Assembly (NCBI GenBank): GCA_043826435.1
Contig: JBDRQF010000044.1
Span: 1-64,000 of the forward strand
Origin: Elusimicrobiota bacterium
GTDB taxonomy: Bacteria > Elusimicrobiota > Endomicrobiia > CG1-02-37-114 > JAHJSO01
Direction of reading: 5' to 3'
Length of the DNA stretch: 64,000 bases
In this document: in pieces, positions 1 to 9,853 of the stretch
How the letters are laid out: each line of letters starts with the position of its first letter
Numbering within the stretch: position 1 is the first letter of the stretch
Made by a program: the position numbers and the translations under genes
The notes under the pieces: generated by a model
The model's database searches: none
Seen by the model: the letters and a program-made list of their open reading frames with translations, nothing else
What the model was told of the DNA's origin: nothing

Positions 1-1
1 C

Positions 2-3000
2 AACCTTGCAGTTGAGCCCAGCACAACTGTATTCATGACAGGCGGGGTTGCGACTATTGCGACAGCCCGGGTTAGGTCTGCGGGCAATCAGACCATTACT
101 GCATCTGATAATGATGGGGTTAGTCCTTCACTTGATTCTCACACCTCCTCTGCTGTTTCTGTTAAGTCCGCAACTGCTGCAAAACTGCAGACGCTTGTCC
201 CAGGCGAGGTTGCTGTGCAGGGCAGCCCTACCGGTAAAACAGGTGCGCCCTATTCACAGGTGGTCGGTACGACATTTACAATTACGGTAAATTCAGTTGA
301 TGCCTACTGGAACAAGGTCTCATCCACCCCTATGGTAAACGTCGCCACTTCAGACCCGAACGATACCGAACCGGCAAACAATGGCCTGATTGACGGCAGC
401 ATAGTATTTGATATATGTTTTGCCTCATCCGGCACATGGACGGCTACGGCAAACGATGTGGCTGCGGTTCTTTTATCCGATATAAGTTCAGAGATTAAAG
501 TGAACTCGTTGCCGCCGGCGCAGATAACAACTCTTGAGGCATACCAAAACAGCACGGCGGATACGATAAAGTTATTATGGATTACACCCGGTTCTGATGG
601 GATGAACAATACCCTTGCAGAAGGCTCAGAATACAGTATACAGTATTCTACATTGGACCCTGCAGGCGTCGTGTGGTCAACCGGCTCTGCACAGGTAGTT
701 ATATCAACAAACAGTGTGGCGCCCGGACTGAAGGTTTCTGTGACAGCCCAGTTGGCGATGAATGAAATTTATTATTTCAGAATCTGGACGAAGGACGAGG
801 AAGGGAACTGGTCAGTTCAGTCAACAACTGCGGCCGCATTCAATTCGCCTTATACGTTTGAAACAGTTGACTCGGAAGGTCAGGTGGGATTTTATACCTC
901 CATTGCTGTTGACGGTTCAGGAAACCCTCATATTTCGTATTCATACTGGGGGACTGATTATGACCTCAAATATGCAAAATGGACAGGGAGTTCATGGGAT
1001 ATTCAGACAGTTGACTCAGCAGGTTTAGTTAATGTGGGGGCATTTACTTCCATAGCCCTTGATACAAACAACTATCCGCACATTTCTTATTTGGACAGCA
1101 CTGACTTTAACCTCAAATATGCAAAATGGACAGGGAGTTCATGGGATATCCAAACGGTTGATTCGTCGGTTGCCGTGGACAACAATTCTTCTTTAACACT
1201 AGATGGCTCAGGTAATCCGCATGTCTCATATTATGACAAAACAAACGGTGATCTCAAATATGCTAAATGGACGGGAACTTCATGGGATATTCAGACAGTT
1301 GATTCAACGAACAATGTAGGTGGTTTTTCTTCGCTAGCGATTGATGGTTCGGGTAATCCGCATATTTCTTATCGCGATTATACAAACCTTGACCTCAAAT
1401 ATGCAAAATGGACAGGGAGTTCATGGGATATTCGGATAGTTGACTCAGAAGATGACGTTGGTTCTTGGACTTCAATAGCAATAGATAGTTTAGAAAACCC
1501 ACATATTTCTTATAATGATTACACAAATTTTGACCTCAAATATGCAAAATGGGCAGGAACTTCCTGGTCAACATGGACAGTTGATTCAGAAGGTAAAGTG
1601 GGCTGGTATGCTACTTCCATTGCCCTTGATGGTTCAGGCAATCCGCATATTTCTTACCGTAGTTACCCGGAATGTGCCCTCAGATATGCGAGATGGACAG
1701 GCAGTTCATGGAGTGCCCAGATAGTCGATTCAGAAGGTGATCTTGGTAGGTATTCTTCCTTATGCCTTGACGACTCAGGTAATGTACATATTTCTTATTT
1801 TGTTTTCACAAGCAGCGACCTCAAATACGCTAAATGGGACGGGGCCGGTTTCGAGCCGCTCCCAAAAACCCCATCAAACTTTGGGCCATCCTCCGTCTAT
1901 ATTTCATCAATCACATGGTCCTGGACCGACAATGCTTCCAATGAACTCGGTTTCAGAATGTATTCATCAAGTCCCGGTACATCCGGTTTTGTTCTTGTCG
2001 CAGACACAAACACAATCGGCACTGTCGGAGGCACAGGCGGCACAGGCAACTGGACGCAGAAAAACCTTACGCCCAACACATCATACCACAATTACGTAGC
2101 AGCGGTGAACGAAGGCGGTGTCGTCACCTCATCATCAGCAATAAAATTCACGCTTGCCAACCCGCCCGCAGAAACGCAGGTGATTGCCGTCTCAAGCGAG
2201 TCGGTGTCAATCCAGTGGAATGCAAACAGCAACCCGTCGGACACGAGGTGGGGGATATTGCGTTCAACGAACAATTTCGCCACAAGTACGGCAACGCTGA
2301 CTGACTTCGGTTCAAACTACACAAGCACTTCTTTCACCGATAGCGGCCTGCAACCTGACGCCTCGTATTATTACAAGGTTTGTGCGTATAATAAAGATGG
2401 GATTGCTTCGGATTTTATCCTTGCAATGACTACACTTACTGCACTATCTGTTCCATCAACACCAAAAGGACTTTATGGAATAGCCGTGGCCTCCGTCTCA
2501 ATTAAATGGGAGTGGGATATATCGTCGGGCTCAACATATTATCGGGTTTATGATGATGCAAGTGCTCTTCTTGTAAACCTTGAAAGCCCCGGCACCCCCA
2601 CATGGATAGAGGTTAACCTATTACATAATTCGCAACACAGCAGGTATGTGCGTGCAGGGAATGAAGCCGGGCTTTCCAGCGCTTCAAATACCGCCTCTAA
2701 ATATACTCTAACTATCCCGCCTGCCGGATTGAGCATAAGCAGTGCGGGCGCACATACGGTAGAGTTGTCCTGGCAGACGAACAACTCTACGCGGTTCAGA
2801 ATAGACACATCAACCGCAGGCGACTGGACTGCACTGAAAACCCTTGACTGGAGCGCCTCAATAACGACACCTCCATACACAATAACAGAACTACAGCCGT
2901 CAACGACATACTGCTTCGCTGTTTTCGGTTACAACGGCGACCAGATACAGACACTTACCAGTGCCACAGTAAGCGGCGTAACTTCTGACCTGTCGCAAAC

Positions 3001-3838
3001 ACTGGTTGTAATTTCTCCCGGAGAAGATAAAACAGCCACCAGGACAAATACGGTTGGCGGCGTTACCCTTGAGATAAAGGTTGAATTACTCGCAGGTGCG
3101 GTAACAAAGCAGGCATATCTGGAAATTTCGGTTGACCCGCTGAACTCGCCTCTGTTGGTCAACAAAAACAAAATAATAGAGGCGAACAACAAACTTGCAC
3201 TGTCGCCGGACGCTAAAAAGAACGTCGTTGACGACACCCTAACGGAATTTGTCCTGCGGGATTACGATACGGGAAATCAAAATACGGCTAATTTCAATAA
3301 CACGGTTACACTGACACTTTCATACCCCGATGCAGACAACGACGGTTTCATAGACGGCACAGACCCCAAAATCCCGGAAGATGCTTTAAAAATACACATA
3401 CTTAACGAAGTGACAAACGAGTGGGAACTTGCCGGGGACGGTGGCATGGTGGATAAATCAAACAACAATGTCCGTGTGGAAGTCCAGCACTTCAGCGTAT
3501 ATGCCTTGATAAGCATAAAAACCGCGGCAACCGACCTGACGGCAGTAAAAGCATATCCCAACCCGTACAAGCCGGGTGCAACGGGTGCGGACGCACGGTT
3601 TGACCGTGCATCAGGTATAAGGTTTGACAACTTAACAAACAAAGTGAATATAAGGGTATTCAACATCGCGGGGGAACTCGTATTTGAAAAGGACGCTGAA
3701 AACACTGTCGGATATCTTGACTGGCAGGCAGTAAACAACAACAATGAAAAGATAGCCAGCGGGGTTTACATATATTACATCACAAACCCCGACGATACTT
3801 CACACAAAGCAAAAGGCAGAGTGGCAATTATAAGGTGA
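2..3838 (+). CDS. Large secreted/surface protein, 5'-truncated: Ig/FN3-like modules, ~7 beta-propeller-like repeats, ZU5-like module, C-terminal T9SS type A/FlgD-Ig-like sorting domain
   Basis: Frame is open from base 2, so the true start is upstream. Repeats DLKYAKWTGSSWDIQTVDS...TSIALDGSGNPHISY; FN3 signatures (GLQPDASYYYKV, ELQPSTTYCFAV); C-terminus AYPNPY...IRVFNIAGELV...ASGVYIYYI...GRVAIIR. Confidence 0.8.
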   Translation, partial: NLAVEPSTTVFMTGGVATIATARVRSAGNQTITASDNDGVSPSLDSHTSSAVSVKSATAAKLQTLVPGEVAVQGSPTGKTGAPYSQVVGTTFTITVNSVDAYWNKVSSTPMVNVATSDPNDTEPANNGLIDGSIVFDICFASSGTWTATANDVAAVLLSDISSEIKVNSLPPAQITTLEAYQNSTADTIKLLWITPGSDGMNNTLAEGSEYSIQYSTLDPAGVVWSTGSAQVVISTNSVAPGLKVSVTAQLAMNEIYYFRIWTKDEEGNWSVQSTTAAAFNSPYTFETVDSEGQVGFYTSIAVDGSGNPHISYSYWGTDYDLKYAKWTGSSWDIQTVDSAGLVNVGAFTSIALDTNNYPHISYLDSTDFNLKYAKWTGSSWDIQTVDSSVAVDNNSSLTLDGSGNPHVSYYDKTNGDLKYAKWTGTSWDIQTVDSTNNVGGFSSLAIDGSGNPHISYRDYTNLDLKYAKWTGSSWDIRIVDSEDDVGSWTSIAIDSLENPHISYNDYTNFDLKYAKWAGTSWSTWTVDSEGKVGWYATSIALDGSGNPHISYRSYPECALRYARWTGSSWSAQIVDSEGDLGRYSSLCLDDSGNVHISYFVFTSSDLKYAKWDGAGFEPLPKTPSNFGPSSVYISSITWSWTDNASNELGFRMYSSSPGTSGFVLVADTNTIGTVGGTGGTGNWTQKNLTPNTSYHNYVAAVNEGGVVTSSSAIKFTLANPPAETQVIAVSSESVSIQWNANSNPSDTRWGILRSTNNFATSTATLTDFGSNYTSTSFTDSGLQPDASYYYKVCAYNKDGIASDFILAMTTLTALSVPSTPKGLYGIAVASVSIKWEWDISSGSTYYRVYDDASALLVNLESPGTPTWIEVNLLHNSQHSRYVRAGNEAGLSSASNTASKYTLTIPPAGLSISSAGAHTVELSWQTNNSTRFRIDTSTAGDWTALKTLDWSASITTPPYTITELQPSTTYCFAVFGYNGDQIQTLTSATVSGVTSDLSQTLVVISPGEDKTATRTNTVGGVTLEIKVELLAGAVTKQAYLEISVDPLNSPLLVNKNKIIEANNKLALSPDAKKNVVDDTLTEFVLRDYDTGNQNTANFNNTVTLTLSYPDADNDGFIDGTDPKIPEDALKIHILNEVTNEWELAGDGGMVDKSNNNVRVEVQHFSVYALISIKTAATDLTAVKAYPNPYKPGATGADARFDRASGIRFDNLTNKVNIRVFNIAGELVFEKDAENTVGYLDWQAVNNNNEKIASGVYIYYITNPDDTSHKAKGRVAIIR
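856..1840 (+). repeat. Intragenic tandem repeats (~47-49 codons, ~7 copies) encoding propeller blades
   Basis: Near-identical DNA blocks such as acctcaaatatgcaaaatggacagggagttcatgggatat recur near 964, 1110 and 1392, with variants near 1251 and 1533. Confidence 0.85.
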
Positions 3839-3853
3839 CAGGGGGGATATAAA

Positions 3854-4795
3854 ATGAAAAAATTAATTCCGGCATCGGCAACTGTTTTATTATTCCTTTT
3901 CTCGTCAATACATGCAGGCGGTCCCGGGACGACGACGGCGTCATTCCTGAAAATAGGCGTCGGCGCCCGCAATATAGGCATGGGGGAAACCGGCTCAATA
4001 TCGGAGGATGTAAACGGCGTTTACTGGAACCCCGCAGGTATTGCGTCCCTTAAAGAAAAAGAAATTTCATTCATGCACGCTGCATGGCTTGAACAAATAA
4101 ATTATGAACACCTTGCCTTTGCCATGCCAATGGGCGCAGGTGCAATCGGCGCTGCGGTGAACTATCTTTCAATGAGCCCGATGGCAACGTATGACAAAGA
4201 CGGCGTTAAAATTGAAAATGAAACTTTTACGGCGAATGACCTTGCAGTCACGCTCTCCTACGGGAAGTCATTCAGTTTGAGTAATGCCCGTGACATGGGG
4301 CTGAACATAGGGGTCAACCTGAAGTACGTTTCAAGTTCAATAGAAAAAGAGAGTGCGGCTGCCCTTGCGTCCGACATCGGCTCGCAAATCAAACTTAAAA
4401 ACGGGAAAATAAAATTCGGACTTGCGGTGCAGAACATCGGGTCAGGCATGAAATTCAAAAATGAAACCGACCCCCTGCCGTTCAATATCAAACTCGGTTC
4501 TGCCTATACCCTGATGGCCGGTCCTTCAAGCCCGCTATTGTTAGCGATTGACGTTAACATCCCTGCAGACAACGATGCCCGCGTAAATTTGGGCGTTGAA
4601 TTTATTCAGAAATTCGGCCCGCTCAGGTTGAGCCCGCGGGTAGGATACAAGACCAACACAAGAGGGCTTGAAGGACTTTCAGGGCTAACCGCAGGAATGG
4701 GCTTCAATATAAATACCTACTGCCTTGACTATGCATTCGTCCCTTACGGACTGTTAGGCGATACGCACAGGGTTTCGCTCTCAGTAAAATTCTAA
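3854..4795 (+). CDS. PorV/PorQ-family (UPF0164-like) outer-membrane beta-barrel
   Basis: Signal peptide; FLKIGVGARNIGMG and YWNPAG motifs; C-terminal THRVSLSVKF beta-signal. Confidence 0.8.
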   Translation: MKKLIPASATVLLFLFSSIHAGGPGTTTASFLKIGVGARNIGMGETGSISEDVNGVYWNPAGIASLKEKEISFMHAAWLEQINYEHLAFAMPMGAGAIGAAVNYLSMSPMATYDKDGVKIENETFTANDLAVTLSYGKSFSLSNARDMGLNIGVNLKYVSSSIEKESAAALASDIGSQIKLKNGKIKFGLAVQNIGSGMKFKNETDPLPFNIKLGSAYTLMAGPSSPLLLAIDVNIPADNDARVNLGVEFIQKFGPLRLSPRVGYKTNTRGLEGLSGLTAGMGFNINTYCLDYAFVPYGLLGDTHRVSLSVKF

Positions 4796-4837
4796 TCTGA
4801 AACACCTCTTGCAATCACCTTATTAATTATCTTACTC

Positions 4838-4866
4838 TTGACCTTCACGCAAAATTTTGCTAAAAT
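4838..4866 (+). promoter_or_regulatory. Sigma70-type promoter
   Basis: TTGACC-17 bp-TAAAAT. Confidence 0.55.
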
Positions 4867-4887
4867 CTATTGTGTCAAGTGATTAAG

Positions 4888-5958
4888 ATGCCAACGATGA
4901 AACCCGCAGTTTATTTTTCGGATAAAATCACACAGGAAGCGGTCGCAGGACTGCTGGATGCATCCGGGATTAAGAACGTCGTCCGGCCGCATGACCTGAC
5001 GGCGATAAAACTCCACTTCGGCGAAAAGGGCAACCGGGGTTATGTTCGTCCCGATTTGTTAAAACCCGTCGTTGAAAAAATAAAATCTTCCGGCGCCCTG
5101 CCGTTTGTGACGGACGCAAACACGATATATGTCGGGGAAAGGGCGAACGCCATTCAACATCTTGCAGTCGCCCACCAGCACGGTTTTACGTATGAAAACC
5201 TCGGCTGTCCGGTTATCATAGCGGACGGGTTAAGGGGCAATGCAGAGGTTTGTGTGCCCGTCAACCTCAGGCACTTTAAATCGGTTAAGATTGCCAACTC
5301 AATCTTTTATTCCGACTCAATCGTATTCGTATCCCACTTCAAGGGGCACGAACTCACGGGTTTCGGCGGCGCGATTAAAAATGTCGGCATGGGCTGTGCC
5401 ACCCGCGCGGGAAAATACGAGATGCACAACTCAGTGTTGCCGAAATTAAAAATTGAACTGTGCAACTCCTGCGGGGTCTGCGTTAAATGGTGCCCGGGCA
5501 AAGCCCTTACGCTTCCTTCAAAAAACTCAGTGATTCAGTTTGACCCGACAAAATGCATCGGATGCGGGGAGTGCATCCTGTCGTGCAAACAGAAGGTTTT
5601 TACCATCCCGTGGGACGACCCGGCGAAAAAATGCCAGGAAAAGATCGTTGAATATACGGCAGGCGTCCTGCAGGGTAAATTAAAGACAAAGTCCGTTCTT
5701 TTTCTGAACGTCCTGAATTTCATCACAAAATACTGCGACTGCTACGAGACGAAAGAGACCCCTCTTATTGACGACATAGGGATGGTTGCCTCTGAAGACC
5801 CCGTCGCGGTTGACCAGGCGAGCGTTGATATAATAAACAAGAAATGCGGGCATGATTTTTTCCGGAAGCACTGGCCTGAAATTGACTGGGAGATCCAGAT
5901 GAATTACGGGCAGGAAGTCGGGCTGGGCTCAAGGGATTACGCACTCCGCAACCTGTGA
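4888..5958 (+). CDS. DUF362 family protein with 2x[4Fe-4S] ferredoxin domain
   Basis: AIKLHFGE, SHFKGH..GFGGAIKN.GMG, two CxxCxxCxxxC motifs; start moved to ATG 4888 downstream of the promoter. Confidence 0.8.
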   Translation: MPTMKPAVYFSDKITQEAVAGLLDASGIKNVVRPHDLTAIKLHFGEKGNRGYVRPDLLKPVVEKIKSSGALPFVTDANTIYVGERANAIQHLAVAHQHGFTYENLGCPVIIADGLRGNAEVCVPVNLRHFKSVKIANSIFYSDSIVFVSHFKGHELTGFGGAIKNVGMGCATRAGKYEMHNSVLPKLKIELCNSCGVCVKWCPGKALTLPSKNSVIQFDPTKCIGCGECILSCKQKVFTIPWDDPAKKCQEKIVEYTAGVLQGKLKTKSVLFLNVLNFITKYCDCYETKETPLIDDIGMVASEDPVAVDQASVDIINKKCGHDFFRKHWPEIDWEIQMNYGQEVGLGSRDYALRNL

Positions 5959-6431
5959 TGCCAGAAGAACCGAAATTTCTCGTTGATTTTATGCTGGGCC
6001 GGCTTGCAAAATGGCTGAGAATCATGGGGTGCGACAGCGAGTACTGCAGGGATACGGACAGGCAGAAAATACTTTGCAAGAGTTTGCAGGAAAAAAGAGT
6101 AATCCTTACGCGCGACCATAATTTAAGCAAAAAGCGGGCATGGGAACTCCACCTGATAAAAAGCGATTTCATTGAGGAACAGATCCGGCAGGTAAAAAGC
6201 GATTTCAACATCTCGCCGGATACGGGACAAATCTTATCGCGGTGTACGATATGCAACGTGCCCATAATGCCAATAGAAAAAGAAAAAATCAAGGGGAGGG
6301 TTCCCCCGTTTATTTACGAAACGCATAATGATTTTTCTTGCTGCCCGAAATGCAACAGGGTTTACTGGCCCGGGACGCATCTGAATCATGTGGTTAAAAC
6401 CCTGAAAGTAAAGAACCGCGATGTCCCATAA
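5955..6431 (+). CDS. Mut7-C RNase (PIN-like) domain protein
   Basis: FLVDFMLGRLAKWLR.MG.D, ILTRD, RCxxCN, CxxC..VYWPGTH. Confidence 0.85.
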   Translation: MMPEEPKFLVDFMLGRLAKWLRIMGCDSEYCRDTDRQKILCKSLQEKRVILTRDHNLSKKRAWELHLIKSDFIEEQIRQVKSDFNISPDTGQILSRCTICNVPIMPIEKEKIKGRVPPFIYETHNDFSCCPKCNRVYWPGTHLNHVVKTLKVKNRDVP

Positions 6432-6442
6432 TTTCACGTAAG

Positions 6443-6910
6443 ATGTTCACGGCAATAGAATATGCCTTACTGTTATTGAAATACAAAAACCGGACTGAAA
6501 AAGAAATCTCCGGGAAACTCAAAAGAAAAAATTTCACCGAAACTGCCATACGCGAAACGATAGAAAAACTAAAACGATTAAAACTTCTGGACGACGAGAA
6601 ATTCGCGCGGACGTTCATTGAAACAAAATTGGGAAGCGGCAGGGGGATAAACAGAATAATCCTGGAATTAAAAAACAAAGGGGTGTCAACGCAAAACCTG
6701 GACGAAACGTTAAAGGAATACGGCGATACGCAGGAACAGCAGTTTGAAACCGCCTGCCGCCTTTTTGAAAACAAAACAAGGACGTACTCAAAACTGCCGC
6801 CGGAAAAGATATACCGCAGAACAGGGGGATTTCTTTCAAGGCGCGGGTTTTCATCGGACATAATACGGAAGGTTTTTAACGAATGGGAAAAGGAAAAAAC
6901 CAAACGGTGA
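6443..6910 (+). CDS. recX: RecX regulatory protein
   Basis: RTEKEI..KL, LLDDEKFA, G..RI..EL..KGV, FLSRRGFS. Confidence 0.85.
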   Translation: MFTAIEYALLLLKYKNRTEKEISGKLKRKNFTETAIRETIEKLKRLKLLDDEKFARTFIETKLGSGRGINRIILELKNKGVSTQNLDETLKEYGDTQEQQFETACRLFENKTRTYSKLPPEKIYRRTGGFLSRRGFSSDIIRKVFNEWEKEKTKR

Positions 6911-6961
6911 TTTTATTACCTGTTTCGGCCAACTTAAACAGAGTTGTAACCGCTCAACTGT

Positions 6962-8749
6962 ATGGTTAACGCACGAATGGGAAAAAACATCAAAAGGGCG
7001 CTCATAAGCGTCAGCAACAAAAAGGGGCTGGTTGAATTTGCAAAGGGCCTGGCGGGGTCAGGTTTTGAAATTGTTTCAACGGGCGGCACAGCCAGGCATC
7101 TTATTGAGAACGGCATAAGCGCTCTTGAAGTGTCGTCGGTCACGGGTTTCCCTGAAATCCTCGGCGGCAGGGTAAAAACCCTGCACCCGAAAGTTTTCGG
7201 CGGTATCCTCGCCAGAACGGGCGAACAACCGGATATGGAGCATATCCGTCAACATGACATTTCACCCGTAACGCTTGTTGCCGTGAACCTTTATCCTTTT
7301 GACGAGATTTTAGAAAAGTATCTGTCCGCAGACGGGCGGGCGGCTTCCGGCGCCGTACGGGAACCGGATACCGTACCGGAAGAGGTAATTGAAAACATAG
7401 ACATAGGCGGGGTAGCCCTGCTCCGTGCCGCCGCGAAAAATTTCAAATACGTTACCGTTGTCTGCGACCCTTCGGATTATGACGGCGTACTTGAGTCGCT
7501 CAACCTGTCCCGACAAAGCCGTGGCAGTGACGCTCTGGATTACAGAAAGTCACTCTCGGCAAAGGCATTCAGGTACACGGCATGGTATGACTCGTTAATC
7601 GCAGAATATTTCACGCGGGAAACTCAGGGGACGCAGGAAAAATTTCCCGAAAAATATCCTCTCTATCTTCAGAAAATTTCAGAACTCCGGTACGGCGAAA
7701 ACCCGCACCAGAAAGCGGCGATATACGTAACGCCCGGGACGGAACGGATATGCAGTCCCGTAACGCTCGCGAAACAACTGCATGGCAGGGAGTTATCTTA
7801 CAACAACTATCTGGACCTTGACGCCGCCTGGGGGTGCGTTTCCGATTTTGACGAAACACAGATGGCCTGCGCAATCATCAAGCACACAAACCCGTGCGGC
7901 GTAGCATCCGCGCCAGCGACCGGCGCGCCGTCCGGAACCGCGTCGCAGAGCCGCTCCGGCCAGACCAAACTTTCTGATGTTTACAAAATGGCGCTTACCT
8001 GCGACCCTGTGAGCGCGTTCGGCGGCATCATCGCTTTCAATAAAGAGGTTGACGAGCAAACGGCAGTTGAGGTAGTTAAGTTATTCAGCGAGTGCATCAT
8101 CGCTCCCTCTTATACCGACGCTGCGCTCCTGGTGTTTAAATCAAAAAAGGACCTGAGAATCATGGGTTTCCAAAAAACTGCTTCCGCCGACAGCCCGGCT
8201 TCAGCCCTATCCTCAGCCCTCTGCTCATCCCACCGCGGCGCATCTTCAATCATGGAACTCCGCTCAATTTCAGGCGGCGTTCTGATTCAGCAAAAAGACA
8301 CACTCACCGGGCTGGCAGGGAACGAGGCAGGTGATGTGCCGGAACGGACGGTAACAAAACGCAAACCAACCACCGCCGAACTTGAATCGTTGAAATTCGC
8401 CTGGCTCGTCTGCAAGAACGCAAAATCAAACGCAATTATTCTTGTCAGGGGGAAACAGACAACCGGCATAGGCGCGGGCCAGATGTCACGGATTGATTCA
8501 CTGAAAATAGCATCCATAAAAATGAAAAAAAATGAAAATGACCTTCCCCCGGAAGTTAAATCCAGTCCGCTCGTCCTTGCGTCGGACGCATTCTTCCCGT
8601 TCAGGGACGTGATTGACGGGGCGCATGACTGCGGTGTAACGGCCATCGTCCAACCGGGCGGGTCGGTCAAAGACGCTGAATCAATATCAGCATGTAATGA
8701 ACACGGCATCGCAATGATATTTACGGGCGTTAGGCATTTCAGACATTGA
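6962..8749 (+). CDS. purH: Bifunctional AICAR transformylase/IMP cyclohydrolase, with several loop insertions
   Basis: RALISVSNK, GRVKTLHP, IDIGG, LRYGENPHQ, ASDAFFPF, RHFRH. Confidence 0.97.
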   Translation: MVNARMGKNIKRALISVSNKKGLVEFAKGLAGSGFEIVSTGGTARHLIENGISALEVSSVTGFPEILGGRVKTLHPKVFGGILARTGEQPDMEHIRQHDISPVTLVAVNLYPFDEILEKYLSADGRAASGAVREPDTVPEEVIENIDIGGVALLRAAAKNFKYVTVVCDPSDYDGVLESLNLSRQSRGSDALDYRKSLSAKAFRYTAWYDSLIAEYFTRETQGTQEKFPEKYPLYLQKISELRYGENPHQKAAIYVTPGTERICSPVTLAKQLHGRELSYNNYLDLDAAWGCVSDFDETQMACAIIKHTNPCGVASAPATGAPSGTASQSRSGQTKLSDVYKMALTCDPVSAFGGIIAFNKEVDEQTAVEVVKLFSECIIAPSYTDAALLVFKSKKDLRIMGFQKTASADSPASALSSALCSSHRGASSIMELRSISGGVLIQQKDTLTGLAGNEAGDVPERTVTKRKPTTAELESLKFAWLVCKNAKSNAIILVRGKQTTGIGAGQMSRIDSLKIASIKMKKNENDLPPEVKSSPLVLASDAFFPFRDVIDGAHDCGVTAIVQPGGSVKDAESISACNEHGIAMIFTGVRHFRH

Positions 8750-8771
8750 TTACACCGGAAAGGCAGGGACT

Positions 8772-9176
8772 ATGCAGGGAACAGGTTCAGGCACAAAATT
8801 CAACCAGTTAAAAAGATTGTTCAAAAAACTCAGGGGGCCTGACGGGTGCCTGTGGGACAGGTCGCAGAACCACAAAACGCTTATCCCATACCTGCGGGAA
8901 GAAACCGAAGAGTTCATATCCGCCGTTCGCGAGAACAACCTGCACCATATGAAGGAAGAACTGGGCGACATACTCCTTCAGGTGATGTTCCACTCCCAGA
9001 TTGCCGGCGAATCAAAAGTATTTGACATAGAGGACGTGATTTCAACTCTCATAAAAAAACTTAGGAGGAGACACCCGCACGTGTTCGGCAACGTCCGGGT
9101 GAAATCCGCCGGCGAGGCGATAGCCAACTGGAAGAAAATAAAAAAAGAGGATAAAAGAGGCACACCAAATGATTGA
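8772..9176 (+). CDS. mazG: Single-domain MazG nucleotide pyrophosphohydrolase
   Basis: LRGPDGCLWD, EELGDILLQV, KLRRRHPHVF. Confidence 0.85.
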   Translation: MQGTGSGTKFNQLKRLFKKLRGPDGCLWDRSQNHKTLIPYLREETEEFISAVRENNLHHMKEELGDILLQVMFHSQIAGESKVFDIEDVISTLIKKLRRRHPHVFGNVRVKSAGEAIANWKKIKKEDKRGTPND

Positions 9177-9816
9177 TCTCCATACGCACACGCTTTTTTC
9201 AGACGGTGAACTTCTGCCCAGCGAATTGGTTTATAGGGCGAAGGTGAACGGCTACTCTGCAATATGCCTTGCAGACCACGCAGATATCTCAATAATGGAC
9301 TTTACCATACCAAGAATTGTCAGGGTAGCGAAACAACTTACGCTGTACTACCGGATTCTTGTTCTGCCCGGCGCTGAACTTACGTTCAACCCGCCCGAAA
9401 TCCTTAAGAGCGCAGTCCGGTCAGCCAGAAAACTGGGGGCGAAGATAGTGGTCGTGCACGGTGAAACAACGGCGGAGCCGGTCCCTCCCGGGACAAACCG
9501 GGCAGGTATCCTTGCCGGGGCGGACGTCCTTGCACACCCGGGAAAAATTACGCCGGGTGACGCAAAACTTGCTGCCGACAAAAACACCTGCCTTGAAATA
9601 ACCGCAAGGGCGTTCCACAGCAAAACAAACGGGTATGTCTATTCCATTGCCAAACGCTTCGGGGCGAAACTTGTTTTTAATACCGACACCCACTCTCCTG
9701 AAAACCTGATAGACGGCAAAGGGGTAAGGAAAATATTAAAGATTGCCGGCATACCTTACAAGGAATTTTTAACAATGCAGCAAAATGCATCTGATATAAT
9801 CAGTTCAATAGTTTAA
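9169..9816 (+). CDS. PHP-family phosphoesterase (histidinol-phosphatase-like)
   Basis: DLHTHT..SDG, DH, VHGET, LAHPG, NTDTH. Confidence 0.85.
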   Translation: MIDLHTHTLFSDGELLPSELVYRAKVNGYSAICLADHADISIMDFTIPRIVRVAKQLTLYYRILVLPGAELTFNPPEILKSAVRSARKLGAKIVVVHGETTAEPVPPGTNRAGILAGADVLAHPGKITPGDAKLAADKNTCLEITARAFHSKTNGYVYSIAKRFGAKLVFNTDTHSPENLIDGKGVRKILKIAGIPYKEFLTMQQNASDIISSIV

Positions 9817-9853
9817 CGCGTCTTTAACGAGGCGCCGTACAAATCAGGACACA

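Noticed and set aside
856..1840. Diversity-generating retroelement target
   Set aside because: No reverse transcriptase or template repeat in the window; differences are not adenine-specific.
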